Source: Candidatus Electrothrix sp. GW3-4 (GTDB lineage Bacteria > Desulfobacterota > Desulfobulbia > Desulfobulbales > Desulfobulbaceae). From it: DNA of 32,000 nt. Position numbers and translations under genes: made by a program. Shown one piece after another: positions 14,895 through 24,007 of the stretch. The stretch is from positions 1,830,001 to 1,862,000 of the forward strand of contig NZ_CP147990.1 of NCBI RefSeq assembly GCF_037902255.1. Reading direction: 5' to 3'. Positions within the stretch are counted from its first letter, which is position 1, and each line of letters starts with the position of its first letter. The notes beneath the pieces were generated by a model. It did no database searches, had not been told where the DNA came from, and saw nothing but the letters and a program-made list of their open reading frames with translations.

Positions 14895-16259
14895 ATGAGT
14901 GCAACACTGAATAACCTGATCGTTTTGTTGTGTAAGGGGATCGGGCAGCGAAAAATCTACTTCACACGTCATCCTATACTTACAAAGACCTGCCAACATT
15001 TTGTCGATAATCTGAATATTTTTTTTTCAGAAAGAGAAACAGAGGAGCTGTTTATCGGTATTGTTGAAAACAAACTTGTGCATGACGGACAGTACCTTAT
15101 CGGGCCGAGTATTATGGGCCTGCAGCTCGTAACCTTTGCGCAACAGATTCATTGCGGTGGCTTTGTTTTTCGTGCAAGAACAGCAGTCAAAGACTTACAG
15201 GAGCTCCTTGAGCTGAGTGACCATATCACGCATTCTGTGGGCAGCCTGCAGGAGGCCCGAGATTTCTTAGCTGCGCATAATGTTACCAATATAAAACTGG
15301 CCAGGCATTATACAGCCCCCTCCACCTTAATCCCGCTGGAAGATCAAGTTGTCTGGCAAGGAGAGGATTCGAGCGGCAATCTCTACACTCCTCTTCTTAT
15401 CTATCAGGCCCTTTTTGATGTCGTTGCCAAGGCATACGGTAATGTGAGCCTCAATCGTACTCTTGACATCGACGGAGCCCAAACGGTGAGCGAACATCTA
15501 CTCAGCTACACCCGTCTCAGTTTTAGCGACATCCTCCAATTTGTCCATTATCCTGACCACGACAGTTATACGGTGGGACATTCGGTCAGGGTCGCGACCT
15601 TAGCGGTTTTTTTTGGCAACGCCTTAGGGTTTGATGACGAAAAACTGGTTGAGTTAGGTGCCGCAGCCCTGCTTCATGATATCGGCAAGGGAAAGATCCC
15701 TTCAGAAATTCTCCATAAACAGGGTAAGCTCAATCATGATGAATTCGCCCTTATCCAATCGCACCCCAAGTTTGGAGCGGAAATCCTGCTCGAACATAAG
15801 GATGTTACCCCCATGCAGCTTGCCTCTGCATGGGGGCATCATATCCGTTACGACGGCGGGGGATATCCCAAACCTCCTCCCTGGGCGGTTTATAGTCATG
15901 TCACCGCGCTTCTCCATATTTGTGATGTCTTTGAGGCCTTGACAGCTGTCCGGCCGTATAAACCGTCAATCAGCCCGTTATCGGCATTCGGGATCATGGC
16001 TCAAGACAAAGGGGACTTTGACCCTGCTCTGTTCTTTGCCTTTGTCTCGGCCCTGGGCATCTACCCCCCAGGCAATCAAGTCCGACTGAGTAACGGCTGG
16101 CAGGGGATGGTCATTGCTTCCAGTGCGGCCATTGATAAACCTGTTGTGCGCATCAATCGTGATAATACAGGCAAGGCGTTAGAGATGTGCGATCAGCATC
16201 TCATCGATCTCTCAAAGGATCCAAAAGGAGAATTAACGGTTGTTGAACTGTTAACCTGA
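14895..16259 (+). CDS. HD-GYP domain phosphodiesterase (probable c-di-GMP hydrolase)
   Basis: SD AGGGAGG precedes the start. The motifs are HSVRVA...LLHDIGKGKIP (HD), HHIRYDGGGYP (GYP) and DVFEALTAVRPYK. Confidence 0.85.
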   Translation: MSATLNNLIVLLCKGIGQRKIYFTRHPILTKTCQHFVDNLNIFFSERETEELFIGIVENKLVHDGQYLIGPSIMGLQLVTFAQQIHCGGFVFRARTAVKDLQELLELSDHITHSVGSLQEARDFLAAHNVTNIKLARHYTAPSTLIPLEDQVVWQGEDSSGNLYTPLLIYQALFDVVAKAYGNVSLNRTLDIDGAQTVSEHLLSYTRLSFSDILQFVHYPDHDSYTVGHSVRVATLAVFFGNALGFDDEKLVELGAAALLHDIGKGKIPSEILHKQGKLNHDEFALIQSHPKFGAEILLEHKDVTPMQLASAWGHHIRYDGGGYPKPPPWAVYSHVTALLHICDVFEALTAVRPYKPSISPLSAFGIMAQDKGDFDPALFFAFVSALGIYPPGNQVRLSNGWQGMVIASSAAIDKPVVRINRDNTGKALEMCDQHLIDLSKDPKGELTVVELLT

Positions 16260-16540
16260 TCCCATTCTCTTGAAAAGAGGACAGGGTAAATATAAAAAGG
16301 TTGTAGTTATAAGTGTAATATTATTTAAAAAATGTTACAAGTCACCCTGTCTTTAAAAAATATTGGAAGGGACGCAGCAAGTGGTATTCAATTGCTTTTC
16401 CCAGGAAGGTTTGCTACATATTGATTAATGGTTCTCCGCAACCAGGGAAATAAATTTCGTTTATACGTTTTCAGAACCTTGTCCTTTGAACTCCTAAGCG
16501 TACTCGTCCTTTAACGGCAAATCGAGCAGCAAACATCCTC

Positions 16541-17283
16541 GTGCAACAGTACAATAACCTTGTTATCTTTTTATCGGAACTGCGAAAGTCAATTCGCTTA
16601 CTGGCTATCAGCCTTATCCTGCTCAGTATTGCGATCTTTTTTCTCTCTACCGGACTAATCACCGTTTTTCAGGAGCATTTACAGGAAAAACTGTATTTTT
16701 TTCCGTAGCTGGACCTTTTCTTGCTCACGTCAAGGTGGCTTTTTTCGGGGCAGTGTACTTCCTTATGCCCCTGCTCATGTTTGCCCTCTGGAAGGCCATG
16801 GGGAAACCCTTTGCCGTGACCGGCAAAAAATTATTCTGGTTTGTTTTTGCCACCTGCTTTCTCTTTTACAGCGGCACCTTGTTTTGCTATTTTATCACGC
16901 TGCCCTACGGAGTTGAATTTCTGCTCAGCTTTCAGTCAGAAAATATGAAGGCGGTTATCTCTATTGGTCGTTTTATCAATTTTGTAACCATTTTTATCCT
17001 GGCCTTTGGAATTATTTTTGAGCTGCCGGTTTTTATGGTATTCTCAGCTCAGGTGGGGGTATTTTCCCGTCGAATTTTTGAAAAAAATCGACGTTTCGCC
17101 GTGCTTGGTATTGCTATTCTGGCGGCCCTGTTGACACCTACCCCGGATGTGGTGAACATGGCCTTGATGGGTGGACCTCTGTATCTGCTCTACGAAGCAG
17201 GTATTTTGGTGATTCGCTTTTTACAGCTTGATGAGAAACGCGCAGCGCTGAAGCTCGAAAAAAAAAACAGAAGGTGGACGTGA
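16541..17283 (+). pseudogene. tatC: Twin-arginine translocase subunit TatC, reading frame broken in a T7 run
   Basis: Frame A (GTG 16541 to TAG 16706-16708) gives QQYNNLVIFLSELRKSIRLLAISLILLSIAIFFLSTGLITVFQEHLQEKLYFF. Frame B (to 17283) gives SVAGPFLAHVKVAFFGAVYFLMPLLMFALW...FELPVFMVF...LLTPTPDVVNMALMGGPLYLLYE. Joined, they give ~247 aa colinear with E. coli TatC. The frames meet at the T7 run 16696-16702. Confidence 0.75.
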
Positions 17284-17328
17284 AGGACGGAGAGAGAATG
17301 CATGAACTCTTCCGCCCTCTGTGCATTA

Positions 17329-17730
17329 TTAAAACTCAACGAGCTTAATGCCGTTTGTCTCTAAAAGTGCTGCTGTCACCCCGAGTCGTTTTACTCCGCA
17401 GGAAGGGCTTCGGGCCTTCAACAGGGCAAGACGGATATTTTGATCACGGGCAATTTTCAGCACAGCCTCAGCACCAGCAAGAAATTCTTTTGTAACGTCT
17501 TTACCATCCCGGGTAAGAACAGAGGCAAACCCGGTCAGAACATCCATTCCATCGCCGCCGCTCAGCTCCGCTGCCGGACGAGGGGTCGGCAGGCCGCCGA
17601 GCTGCTCAGGGCAGACAGGGATATAGATAAAATTGCCAAGATATTTTAAGCAGCGTTCATTCGGCTTGCTTTGTCCATCATAGCGGGTACATAAACCGAC
17701 CAGGCAAGTACTGATTAGACATTTTTTCAT
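17329..17730 (-). CDS. DUF523-family protein (TudS/YbbK-like)
   Basis: The sequence STCLVGLCTRYDGQSK...PVCPEQLGGLPTPRPAAEL..GDG...LLKARSPSCG...GVTAALL fits the DUF523 cysteine pattern. Confidence 0.75.
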   Translation of the reverse strand: MKKCLISTCLVGLCTRYDGQSKPNERCLKYLGNFIYIPVCPEQLGGLPTPRPAAELSGGDGMDVLTGFASVLTRDGKDVTKEFLAGAEAVLKIARDQNIRLALLKARSPSCGVKRLGVTAALLETNGIKLVEF

Positions 17731-17749
17731 CTTAAAACTCGCAAAAAAA

Positions 17750-18100
17750 TTGCAAAGAAAAAGAACAAACAGACCAAAACGAAGACAGAGTAAAGGACTT
17801 ACTCTGAGAGAAAAGAGGGCATTTCGTCGCGTTCTGCTGACTGTTCTTTTGTCAGGGGGAATTTTTCTATTATGTGCTCCTCATTGTAGCTTGTATTCTT
17901 ATTATAAGATGGAAAAAAAGTCAAACAGACTGGTAGAGGAGAACAAAAAACTGTTACAGGAAAAAGCAACCTTAGAAAAAGAAATAGATCTGCTTCTCCA
18001 TGACAAGAGGTACCTGGAAAAAGTGGCCCGAGAGAAATACGGAATGTTGAAAAAGAATGAGGAAGTGTATTATCTTGAACCGCTGGCGAAAAAAAAATAG
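17750..18100 (+). CDS. ftsB: Septum formation initiator (FtsB/DivIC family)
   Basis: A basic N-terminus, one TM helix (VLLTVLLSGGIFLL), a coiled coil and the ending DKRYLEKVAREKYGMLKKNEEVY. The start codon (TTG 17750) is uncertain. Confidence 0.7.
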   Translation: MQRKRTNRPKRRQSKGLTLREKRAFRRVLLTVLLSGGIFLLCAPHCSLYSYYKMEKKSNRLVEENKKLLQEKATLEKEIDLLLHDKRYLEKVAREKYGMLKKNEEVYYLEPLAKKK

Positions 18101-21100
18101 GGTTTTTTCTGTTTCGGTCGTACTGTTCCTGTCACTTCTTTTTTTTACCAGGACAGGCTGTGCCGCGAAGAGAGGCTCTGTAGAACTCTCACCGGCAGAG
18201 CAGGAATGGCTGGAACAGCACCCTCAGATTACCTTAGGCTATACTCTGGATCTCCCTCCTATACTCGTGAGCCAGGAGGATGGCAAACTGGCAGGCATAT
18301 TAACTGATTATATCCAGCTGCTTAACCAGAAGCTAAATATTGATATTCAGCTGGCTGTGGCTCCATGGCCAAAGACCATCCGCCGGGCTCAGGAACATAC
18401 TATCGACGGCTTAGGCCCAAGCTTTCCTCTCGAATCAAGAAAAAAGCATTTCCGCTTCACCCAGCCTCTTTTTTTCCACTACCATTGTATTTATGCCCGC
18501 TCCGATGAGCTGGGGCGCTTTAAACGGCTCTCTGATCTTGAGGGGCTCCGGGTTGGGTACACGAGTAATATTGATATTGAGGAAGAGCTCCTGGGCAAAT
18601 ATAAGGCGATCATCCCTGTGCCACTGGAGAATAACGAGGCCTTAGCAGCGGCCTTGATGAATGGTAACATAGACGCCATTGTTACCAATATTACTCTGGA
18701 ATATTGGCGAAAGCAGAATGTCCAGCCCAGTTTTGGCGTGGCGGCCATCATTCCCGAGAGCCGTCTGCCGGTCGTTTTTTCTCTCCGTAAGGACTGGCCG
18801 GAGTTGGTGTCCATCCTGGATAAGGGGTTACAGGCAATCAACGCCCAGGAAAAACAGCAGATTCTTAATCGTTGGTTTGGAGATCAGACCGTTGTCCAGG
18901 GCATTCAGCTAGACTTCACTGGCCTGACAGCAGAAGAGCTGCATTGGATTACAAAACATCCGGTTTTTCGTGTCGGTTCTTTTTCCCTTCCACCCTATAT
19001 TATTCAAAATAATCAAGGGAAGATCGCTGGTTATATGCCGGATTTGCTCCGTATACTCAGTGCCCGGGTCGGGCTCACACCAAAATTTATTCGCTTTGAT
19101 CAACTGGCTGACGTGCTGACTCAGGTTGAACAGGGAAATCTTGAGGCGGCAATGGGCATGATACGGACAACGGAACGGGCACAGCTCTTTACGTTCTCAG
19201 CCGAGACTATGCCGCTGAACATGGCTATTTTTGCCCGTATGAATGATCAGCGCATTACCAGCCTCTCTTCGCTGCACGGAAGACGTATTGCCTCGTATCA
19301 TGATTATGCAATGCAGAAGGTGATAGAGCAGCAACTGCCCGATGCGTTGCTGGTTATGGCGGATAACGCTGTAGACATGCTGCAACTGGTGGTTCGTGGG
19401 CAGGCTGATGCGGCGATTCAGGAGCTGCACAGTGGTCAGTACATGTTGCGCAATTATTACCTGAACAATCTTGAGGTAAAAGCTTATGCACGGTTTCAAG
19501 GAGGAGAGCGGCAGCAGGGGCATTCGTACCTCGTGCGTCGGGATCTGCCCCTGCTTCAATCCATCCTGGATAAGGCCTATTTTTCTTTAAGCGAAGGTGA
19601 TAAGCAGGCGATATGGAAAAAATGGTTGGGAGGTTCGGACCTTCCTCAACCGATTTTTAGCCCTGAAGAGGAGGAATGGATAGCTGCGCATCCGACCATT
19701 CCCTTTACCTTTGACCCGGCCTGGGCACCGATTGAATTTACCAGCGATCAAGGCCAGCCTCAAGGGATTTCCACTGACTACCTTCACCGTCTGGAGAAGG
19801 TCTTGGGGACGCACTTCCAGCCGTTTTTTCCCCAACCCGGCAAGCAGGCACGACAGCTGGCTGAGGACGGTCAGGTTCTTCTCTTGCCTGCTTTGGCCGA
19901 GACCGAAAAACGACAAAAGGATTTTTTATTTACGGCCCCCTATCTCTCACTCCCGGTAGCTATTTTTTCTGCTGCCAATGTGGCCTATTTAGGGGATCTC
20001 AAGGCGTTGGCAGGAAAAAAGGTCGCTGTGCTTGCTGGCGATGCTGTTCAGGAATGGCTGCACCGAGATTACCCGCAGTTTGATCTGCTCCCAATAGAAA
20101 CAACTGCTCAAGCATTGCACATGGTGGCGCACGGTAAGGCCTTTGCCTTTGTCGGCACCCTCTTGTCTACTAGCTATTATATCGGCCAGACGGGTCTTTC
20201 CCAAATTCGGGTAGTAGGTGAAACTCCCTATACGTATCAAGTGGGTATGGCCGTTTCCAAAGAGGAACCGATACTGCGGAGCATTTTAGAGAAAGGCCTG
20301 GACACTCTTTCCAAGCCAGAACGCGATGCCATCTACCATCGCTGGATTTCTGTACAGTATGCTCATGGGGTTGATTACCAACTTTTGCTGGCCGTACTTG
20401 GAGGAGCAGGTCTGCTCCTGCTCTTATTCAGCTGCTGGATCTGGCGCATGATGAAAGAGGTCAAGCGGCGACGAAAGACTGAAGCGGCGTTGCTGGATAA
20501 GGAACATCTTCTTTCTGACATTATAGAGTTTTTTCCGGAAGCCGTGCTGATTATTGATCGAAAAGGCATTGTCCTGGCCTGGAACAAGGCCATGGAGCAG
20601 CTGACAGGTGTTGCAGCAGAAGAGATGGTGGGTAAGGGCGATTATGCCTATGCCGTCCCTTTTTATGGGGAGGCAAAACCCACCCTGATTGATTCTGCGG
20701 GACGATCTGATCTGGAAATTACATCAGCGTATGATCATGTCCAGATAGAAGGGGATAAGGTCGTAGCGGAAAATTCACATATTATGTTACAAGGGAGAAA
20801 GGTCTGTCTGTTGGGTACAGCTTCTGTCCTCAGGGATTCCCAGGGAAAAATTGTTGCGGCCATTGAAGCCATTCGCGATGTAACAGCAGATCGGCAGGCA
20901 GAAGTCGAATTGCGTCAGGCCAGGGATACAGCGGAATCAGCGGCAAGGGCCAAGTCGGAATTCCTCGCCACCATGAGTCATGAGATCCGAACCCCCATGA
21001 ACGCGATTATTAACCTCACCCGTCTGCTGCTGGACACCCAGCTCGATCAGGATCAACGAAGGTATGCAGAAATATCGATGAACTCTTCAGAGTTACTGCT

Positions 21101-22490
21101 TTCGTTGATCAATGATATTCTCGATTTTTCTAAAATTGAGGCGGGGAAGCTCGAACTGGAGCACACAGCCTTTGAGCTCAGAGAGCTGGTGGAAACAGTT
21201 ATTAACCCCATGCGCATCAAGGCCAACAAGAAGGGATTGTACCTTGAACTCGCGATCGCCCCGGATGTCCACCCCTTCGTTATCGGTGACCCGGTCCGTC
21301 TTCAACAAATTCTTATGAATTTTCTCAATAATGCCATTAAGTTTACCGAGTGCGGCGGCGTCAAGGTCCGTATTCTTCTCCAAGAGGAGCAAGACAAAGG
21401 CCTTTTGCTTAAAATATGTGTGCATGATACCGGCATTGGTATTCCCAAGGAAAGGATGCATCGACTTTTTCAGTCGTTTTCTCAGGCTGATGCATCGACT
21501 TCCCGTAAGTACGGAGGCACAGGTCTGGGCCTGGCTATCTGCAAGCGATTGACAGAGCTCATGGGCGGTCAAGTTGGTGTGACAAGCGAGCAGGGGAAGG
21601 GCAGCACGTTTTGGTGTACAGTGCTGGTTGAGAAAGCCACCGAAGATGCTCTTGTGGGCAAGAAGGAGAAATCTAGCGATCATAAGTCGTTGCCACTGTC
21701 TTCAAGCCTGCTTCTGGTAGAAGATAATAAAATCAATCAATATGTAGCCCTGTCCATTCTTAAAAAATTTCATCTGGAGGCAGATGTGGCGGAGAACGGG
21801 GTACAGGCCCTTGAGATGCTGCGAAAAAAAGAGTATGACCTCGTTTTGATGGATATTCAGATGCCAGAGATGGATGGTTTTGAAACGGCTCAGCATATCC
21901 GACAGGCCGATTCCGGTGTCTTGCAGCCGGATGTGCCCATTGTTGCTATGACGGCCGATGCCAGCAAGGAAGACCGGGATAAATGTTTGGCTGCTGGCAT
22001 GAATGATTATATTCCTAAACCGGTCAATCGAGAACGTCTTCTCAGCGTGCTTCAGCAGCAACTCAGTGGGGCAGCTGCTCAACAACAAGGGGAAAGGAAA
22101 AAGGTTGCAGAGGAACAGAGCCAAATGGAAACTTCTGTTATTCTTTCTCTGGATCATCTTCCGATTTTTGATCGGGCTGGTCTCGTGCAGCGCCTGGGAG
22201 GCTATGAGGAGGGCATTGATAATTTCATACGCAAGGTCCCTGATTATCTGGCTGTTGACATCAAGGAGTTGAAGGATGTCCTGGATAAAAACGATGTAGA
22301 GGGGATCCTCGCAAGCGCCCATAAAATAAAGGGGATGTGTGCGAATGCCTCTGCTGAACGGGTCCGGGAGGTAGCATATCGCATAGAATCTGCCGCAAAA
22401 GAGGGGCAGATCGATACGGCTCAATCATTATTCAGTCGCCTTGAGCAGGAAGAAAAGGCCTTGCGCCATTGCCTGACCCAGAAAAGTTAA
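18057..22490 (+). CDS. Hybrid sensor histidine kinase: 3 periplasmic SBP/PBPb domains, TM, PAS, HisKA-HATPase, receiver, HPt
   Basis: A signal/TM segment is followed by three ~230-aa modules, each ending in a ...LDKG/LEKGL...W motif. Then come a TM helix (LLLAVLGGAGLLLLLFSCWIW) and a PAS domain. The kinase core has the H-box SHEIRTPMNAI and the G-box GTGLGLAICKRLTELMGG. The receiver is LLLVEDNKINQ...DLVLMDIQMPEMDG...KP and the HPt is SAHKIKGMCANASA. The start overlaps the ftsB 3' end by 44 nt and may be slightly later. Confidence 0.9.
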   Translation: MRKCIILNRWRKKNRVFSVSVVLFLSLLFFTRTGCAAKRGSVELSPAEQEWLEQHPQITLGYTLDLPPILVSQEDGKLAGILTDYIQLLNQKLNIDIQLAVAPWPKTIRRAQEHTIDGLGPSFPLESRKKHFRFTQPLFFHYHCIYARSDELGRFKRLSDLEGLRVGYTSNIDIEEELLGKYKAIIPVPLENNEALAAALMNGNIDAIVTNITLEYWRKQNVQPSFGVAAIIPESRLPVVFSLRKDWPELVSILDKGLQAINAQEKQQILNRWFGDQTVVQGIQLDFTGLTAEELHWITKHPVFRVGSFSLPPYIIQNNQGKIAGYMPDLLRILSARVGLTPKFIRFDQLADVLTQVEQGNLEAAMGMIRTTERAQLFTFSAETMPLNMAIFARMNDQRITSLSSLHGRRIASYHDYAMQKVIEQQLPDALLVMADNAVDMLQLVVRGQADAAIQELHSGQYMLRNYYLNNLEVKAYARFQGGERQQGHSYLVRRDLPLLQSILDKAYFSLSEGDKQAIWKKWLGGSDLPQPIFSPEEEEWIAAHPTIPFTFDPAWAPIEFTSDQGQPQGISTDYLHRLEKVLGTHFQPFFPQPGKQARQLAEDGQVLLLPALAETEKRQKDFLFTAPYLSLPVAIFSAANVAYLGDLKALAGKKVAVLAGDAVQEWLHRDYPQFDLLPIETTAQALHMVAHGKAFAFVGTLLSTSYYIGQTGLSQIRVVGETPYTYQVGMAVSKEEPILRSILEKGLDTLSKPERDAIYHRWISVQYAHGVDYQLLLAVLGGAGLLLLLFSCWIWRMMKEVKRRRKTEAALLDKEHLLSDIIEFFPEAVLIIDRKGIVLAWNKAMEQLTGVAAEEMVGKGDYAYAVPFYGEAKPTLIDSAGRSDLEITSAYDHVQIEGDKVVAENSHIMLQGRKVCLLGTASVLRDSQGKIVAAIEAIRDVTADRQAEVELRQARDTAESAARAKSEFLATMSHEIRTPMNAIINLTRLLLDTQLDQDQRRYAEISMNSSELLLSLINDILDFSKIEAGKLELEHTAFELRELVETVINPMRIKANKKGLYLELAIAPDVHPFVIGDPVRLQQILMNFLNNAIKFTECGGVKVRILLQEEQDKGLLLKICVHDTGIGIPKERMHRLFQSFSQADASTSRKYGGTGLGLAICKRLTELMGGQVGVTSEQGKGSTFWCTVLVEKATEDALVGKKEKSSDHKSLPLSSSLLLVEDNKINQYVALSILKKFHLEADVAENGVQALEMLRKKEYDLVLMDIQMPEMDGFETAQHIRQADSGVLQPDVPIVAMTADASKEDRDKCLAAGMNDYIPKPVNRERLLSVLQQQLSGAAAQQQGERKKVAEEQSQMETSVILSLDHLPIFDRAGLVQRLGGYEEGIDNFIRKVPDYLAVDIKELKDVLDKNDVEGILASAHKIKGMCANASAERVREVAYRIESAAKEGQIDTAQSLFSRLEQEEKALRHCLTQKS

Positions 22491-22491
22491 G

Positions 22492-22523
22492 GTCCCGAAG
22501 CCTTTTTTTGCTGACTTCGGGAC
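22492..22523. terminator. Hairpin between convergent genes (possible bidirectional terminator)
   Basis: A 9-bp stem GTCCCGAAG / CTTCGGGAC begins 2 nt after the kinase stop. The T-run is in the loop rather than after the stem, so terminator function is uncertain. Confidence 0.35.
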
Positions 22524-22588
22524 GGAATGCTAACAGGATATAGTATGAAAAATTTTGGAAAGCCGCACGGGCTCTCTGGCTGCTATGC

Positions 22589-22804
22589 TCAGGAAAACCC
22601 AGAGTTGGACGGACAAGCTGAGGAGGGGCCACAGGGTATGGAAGATCCGCCGGAACTCACCCTAAAATTACTTGATGATATGGCCTTTTTCACTTCAGGA
22701 CTTTGGCATTCCGGGCAGTTCACTGTTTCGTTATCATTGGATGAGGTCTTGAGCACCTCAAAATGTTTTGCGCATTTTTTGCATATATACTCATAAATGG
22801 GCAT
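22589..22804 (-). CDS. FmdB-family zinc-ribbon protein (CxxC-CxxC)
   Basis: MPIYEYICKKCAKHFEVL...VNCPECQSPEVKKAISS is the classic FmdB/TIGR02605-type N-terminus. The ORF track starts two codons earlier (22810). Confidence 0.8.
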   Translation of the reverse strand: MPIYEYICKKCAKHFEVLKTSSNDNETVNCPECQSPEVKKAISSSNFRVSSGGSSIPCGPSSACPSNSGFS

Positions 22805-22924
22805 GATCATTCTCCAGATTTTGATGAGATAAAGGTGGACGGAGTACAGTATGTTTTCCGGCAGTACGCCGGTGTTATTTTGTTTTCAATGTGTTCAAGA
22901 AAGATATAAGCACTGGAGCAGCTT

Positions 22925-23857
22925 TTGTCAGCCCAAAAAAATAATCTTGCCCCATCATCGGACAAGGGAAGAGACGGAAAAATTGATCCAGCAGCACTGG
23001 CATTGTTGACCGGACAGTGCCGTCATCTCCTCGCGTTTTATCAGGAAATGGGACTCGCAGTCTATCCGGCTGTACCTATGTTACAGCAGTTCCTCACCCG
23101 TGTGCAGAAACAGCAACCGGGGTCTTCAGGAGGGTCTTTGAGCGAGCAGGGGAGGGGACGGTATCATATGCCAGCGTCTGGACAGCAGCAGGGGCATCAG
23201 CCCGAGAAGTCAGCTCCCCCTCCTCGGAAGCCTGAACAACAGAGCAGGCAAACAACTGCACCTGCAAGGCCGACAGCCGAAGCTGTTGCGCAACAGCTTG
23301 AGGTGCTCAACCAGGAACTTGGCCAGTGCCGGTGCTGTACTCCTGATAGTGGCGCAAAAATTATTGTAGGGCAGGGAAGCCCAACGCCTCGTTTGTTGGT
23401 TGTTGGAGACTGTTTTTTCGGAAGCGCCCCGGAAAAAGACCTGCTCTGGGGTGAGGAAGAAGACGCTATGCTCTGGAGGATGATGCAGGCAATTGGTCTT
23501 GATAAAGGATCTGTCTATGTCACCAATGCGCTCAAATGTTCGCAGCCAAAGCCTGTTCCTCCAGGCTCCTTGGTGGAACAATCCTGTTTCTCCCATGTAG
23601 AAAAAGAGCTCCAGATCATTCGTCCGAGGTTGATTTGTGCTCTGGGTGATACAGCGACGCGGGCCTTACTAAGGACCAAGGCACCACTGGTCCGTCTGCG
23701 AGGGCGATTTCATCCTTATCGCTCTCTGCAAGGTGATGGCGCCAAGATCATGCCGACCTTTCATCCTCGTCTCCTTTTGCAATATCCTGAAATGAAACAG
23801 GCTACCTGGAAGGATCTCCAGGCCGTGCAAAGGATGTTGCAGGCCTCTTCACGCTGA
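22925..23857 (+). CDS. Uracil-DNA glycosylase family-4-like protein with a long Q/P-rich N-terminal extension
   Basis: The C-terminal ~180 aa read CRCC...RLLVVGDCFFGSAPEKD...VYVTNALKC..P......C...L..QI..IRPRLICALGDTA...MPTFHPRLLL, which is colinear with family-4 UDGs. GDCFFG replaces the usual GEAPG motif. The start is a TTG and is uncertain. Confidence 0.7.
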   Translation: MSAQKNNLAPSSDKGRDGKIDPAALALLTGQCRHLLAFYQEMGLAVYPAVPMLQQFLTRVQKQQPGSSGGSLSEQGRGRYHMPASGQQQGHQPEKSAPPPRKPEQQSRQTTAPARPTAEAVAQQLEVLNQELGQCRCCTPDSGAKIIVGQGSPTPRLLVVGDCFFGSAPEKDLLWGEEEDAMLWRMMQAIGLDKGSVYVTNALKCSQPKPVPPGSLVEQSCFSHVEKELQIIRPRLICALGDTATRALLRTKAPLVRLRGRFHPYRSLQGDGAKIMPTFHPRLLLQYPEMKQATWKDLQAVQRMLQASSR

Positions 23858-23944
23858 GGCAAATGCCTTTCATCTGAATCCAGCCTACAAAAAAAAACTT
23901 GTCAAATTCATTTATTTATGTAATGAACCGATAAATTTATTTTT

Positions 23945-23980
23945 CGAACAACAGCAGGCTCCGCTGTTGTTCGTTTTTTT
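23945..23980 (+). terminator. Rho-independent terminator (after the UDG-like gene)
   Basis: An 11-bp perfect stem CGAACAACAGC / GCTGTTGTTCG with a 7-nt loop is followed by T7. A T-run also precedes the stem. Confidence 0.75.
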
Positions 23981-24007
23981 ATGTTGGAGCAATCAAAGGG
24001 ATCATCA

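Noticed and set aside
16280-16351. 8-bp stem GACAGGGT/ACCCTGTC downstream of the HD-GYP gene, as a terminator or sRNA
   Set aside because: The loop is ~56 nt of AT-rich sequence, and only TTT follows the stem before an A-run. That is too weak for a confident structural call.
16471-16662. 63-aa minus-strand ORF
   Set aside because: It is antisense to the region that translates as the TatC N-terminus.
21093-22424. 196-aa and 240-aa minus-strand ORFs
   Set aside because: They are antisense to the HATPase/receiver/HPt portion of the hybrid kinase and have no motifs.
22851-23009. 52-aa Cys-containing ORF (MFSGSTPVLFCFQCVQERYKHW...) overlapping the start of the UDG-like gene
   Set aside because: It has no SD, overlaps the better-supported UDG frame, and has no recognisable fold. 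I note it only because the UDG start codon is itself uncertain.
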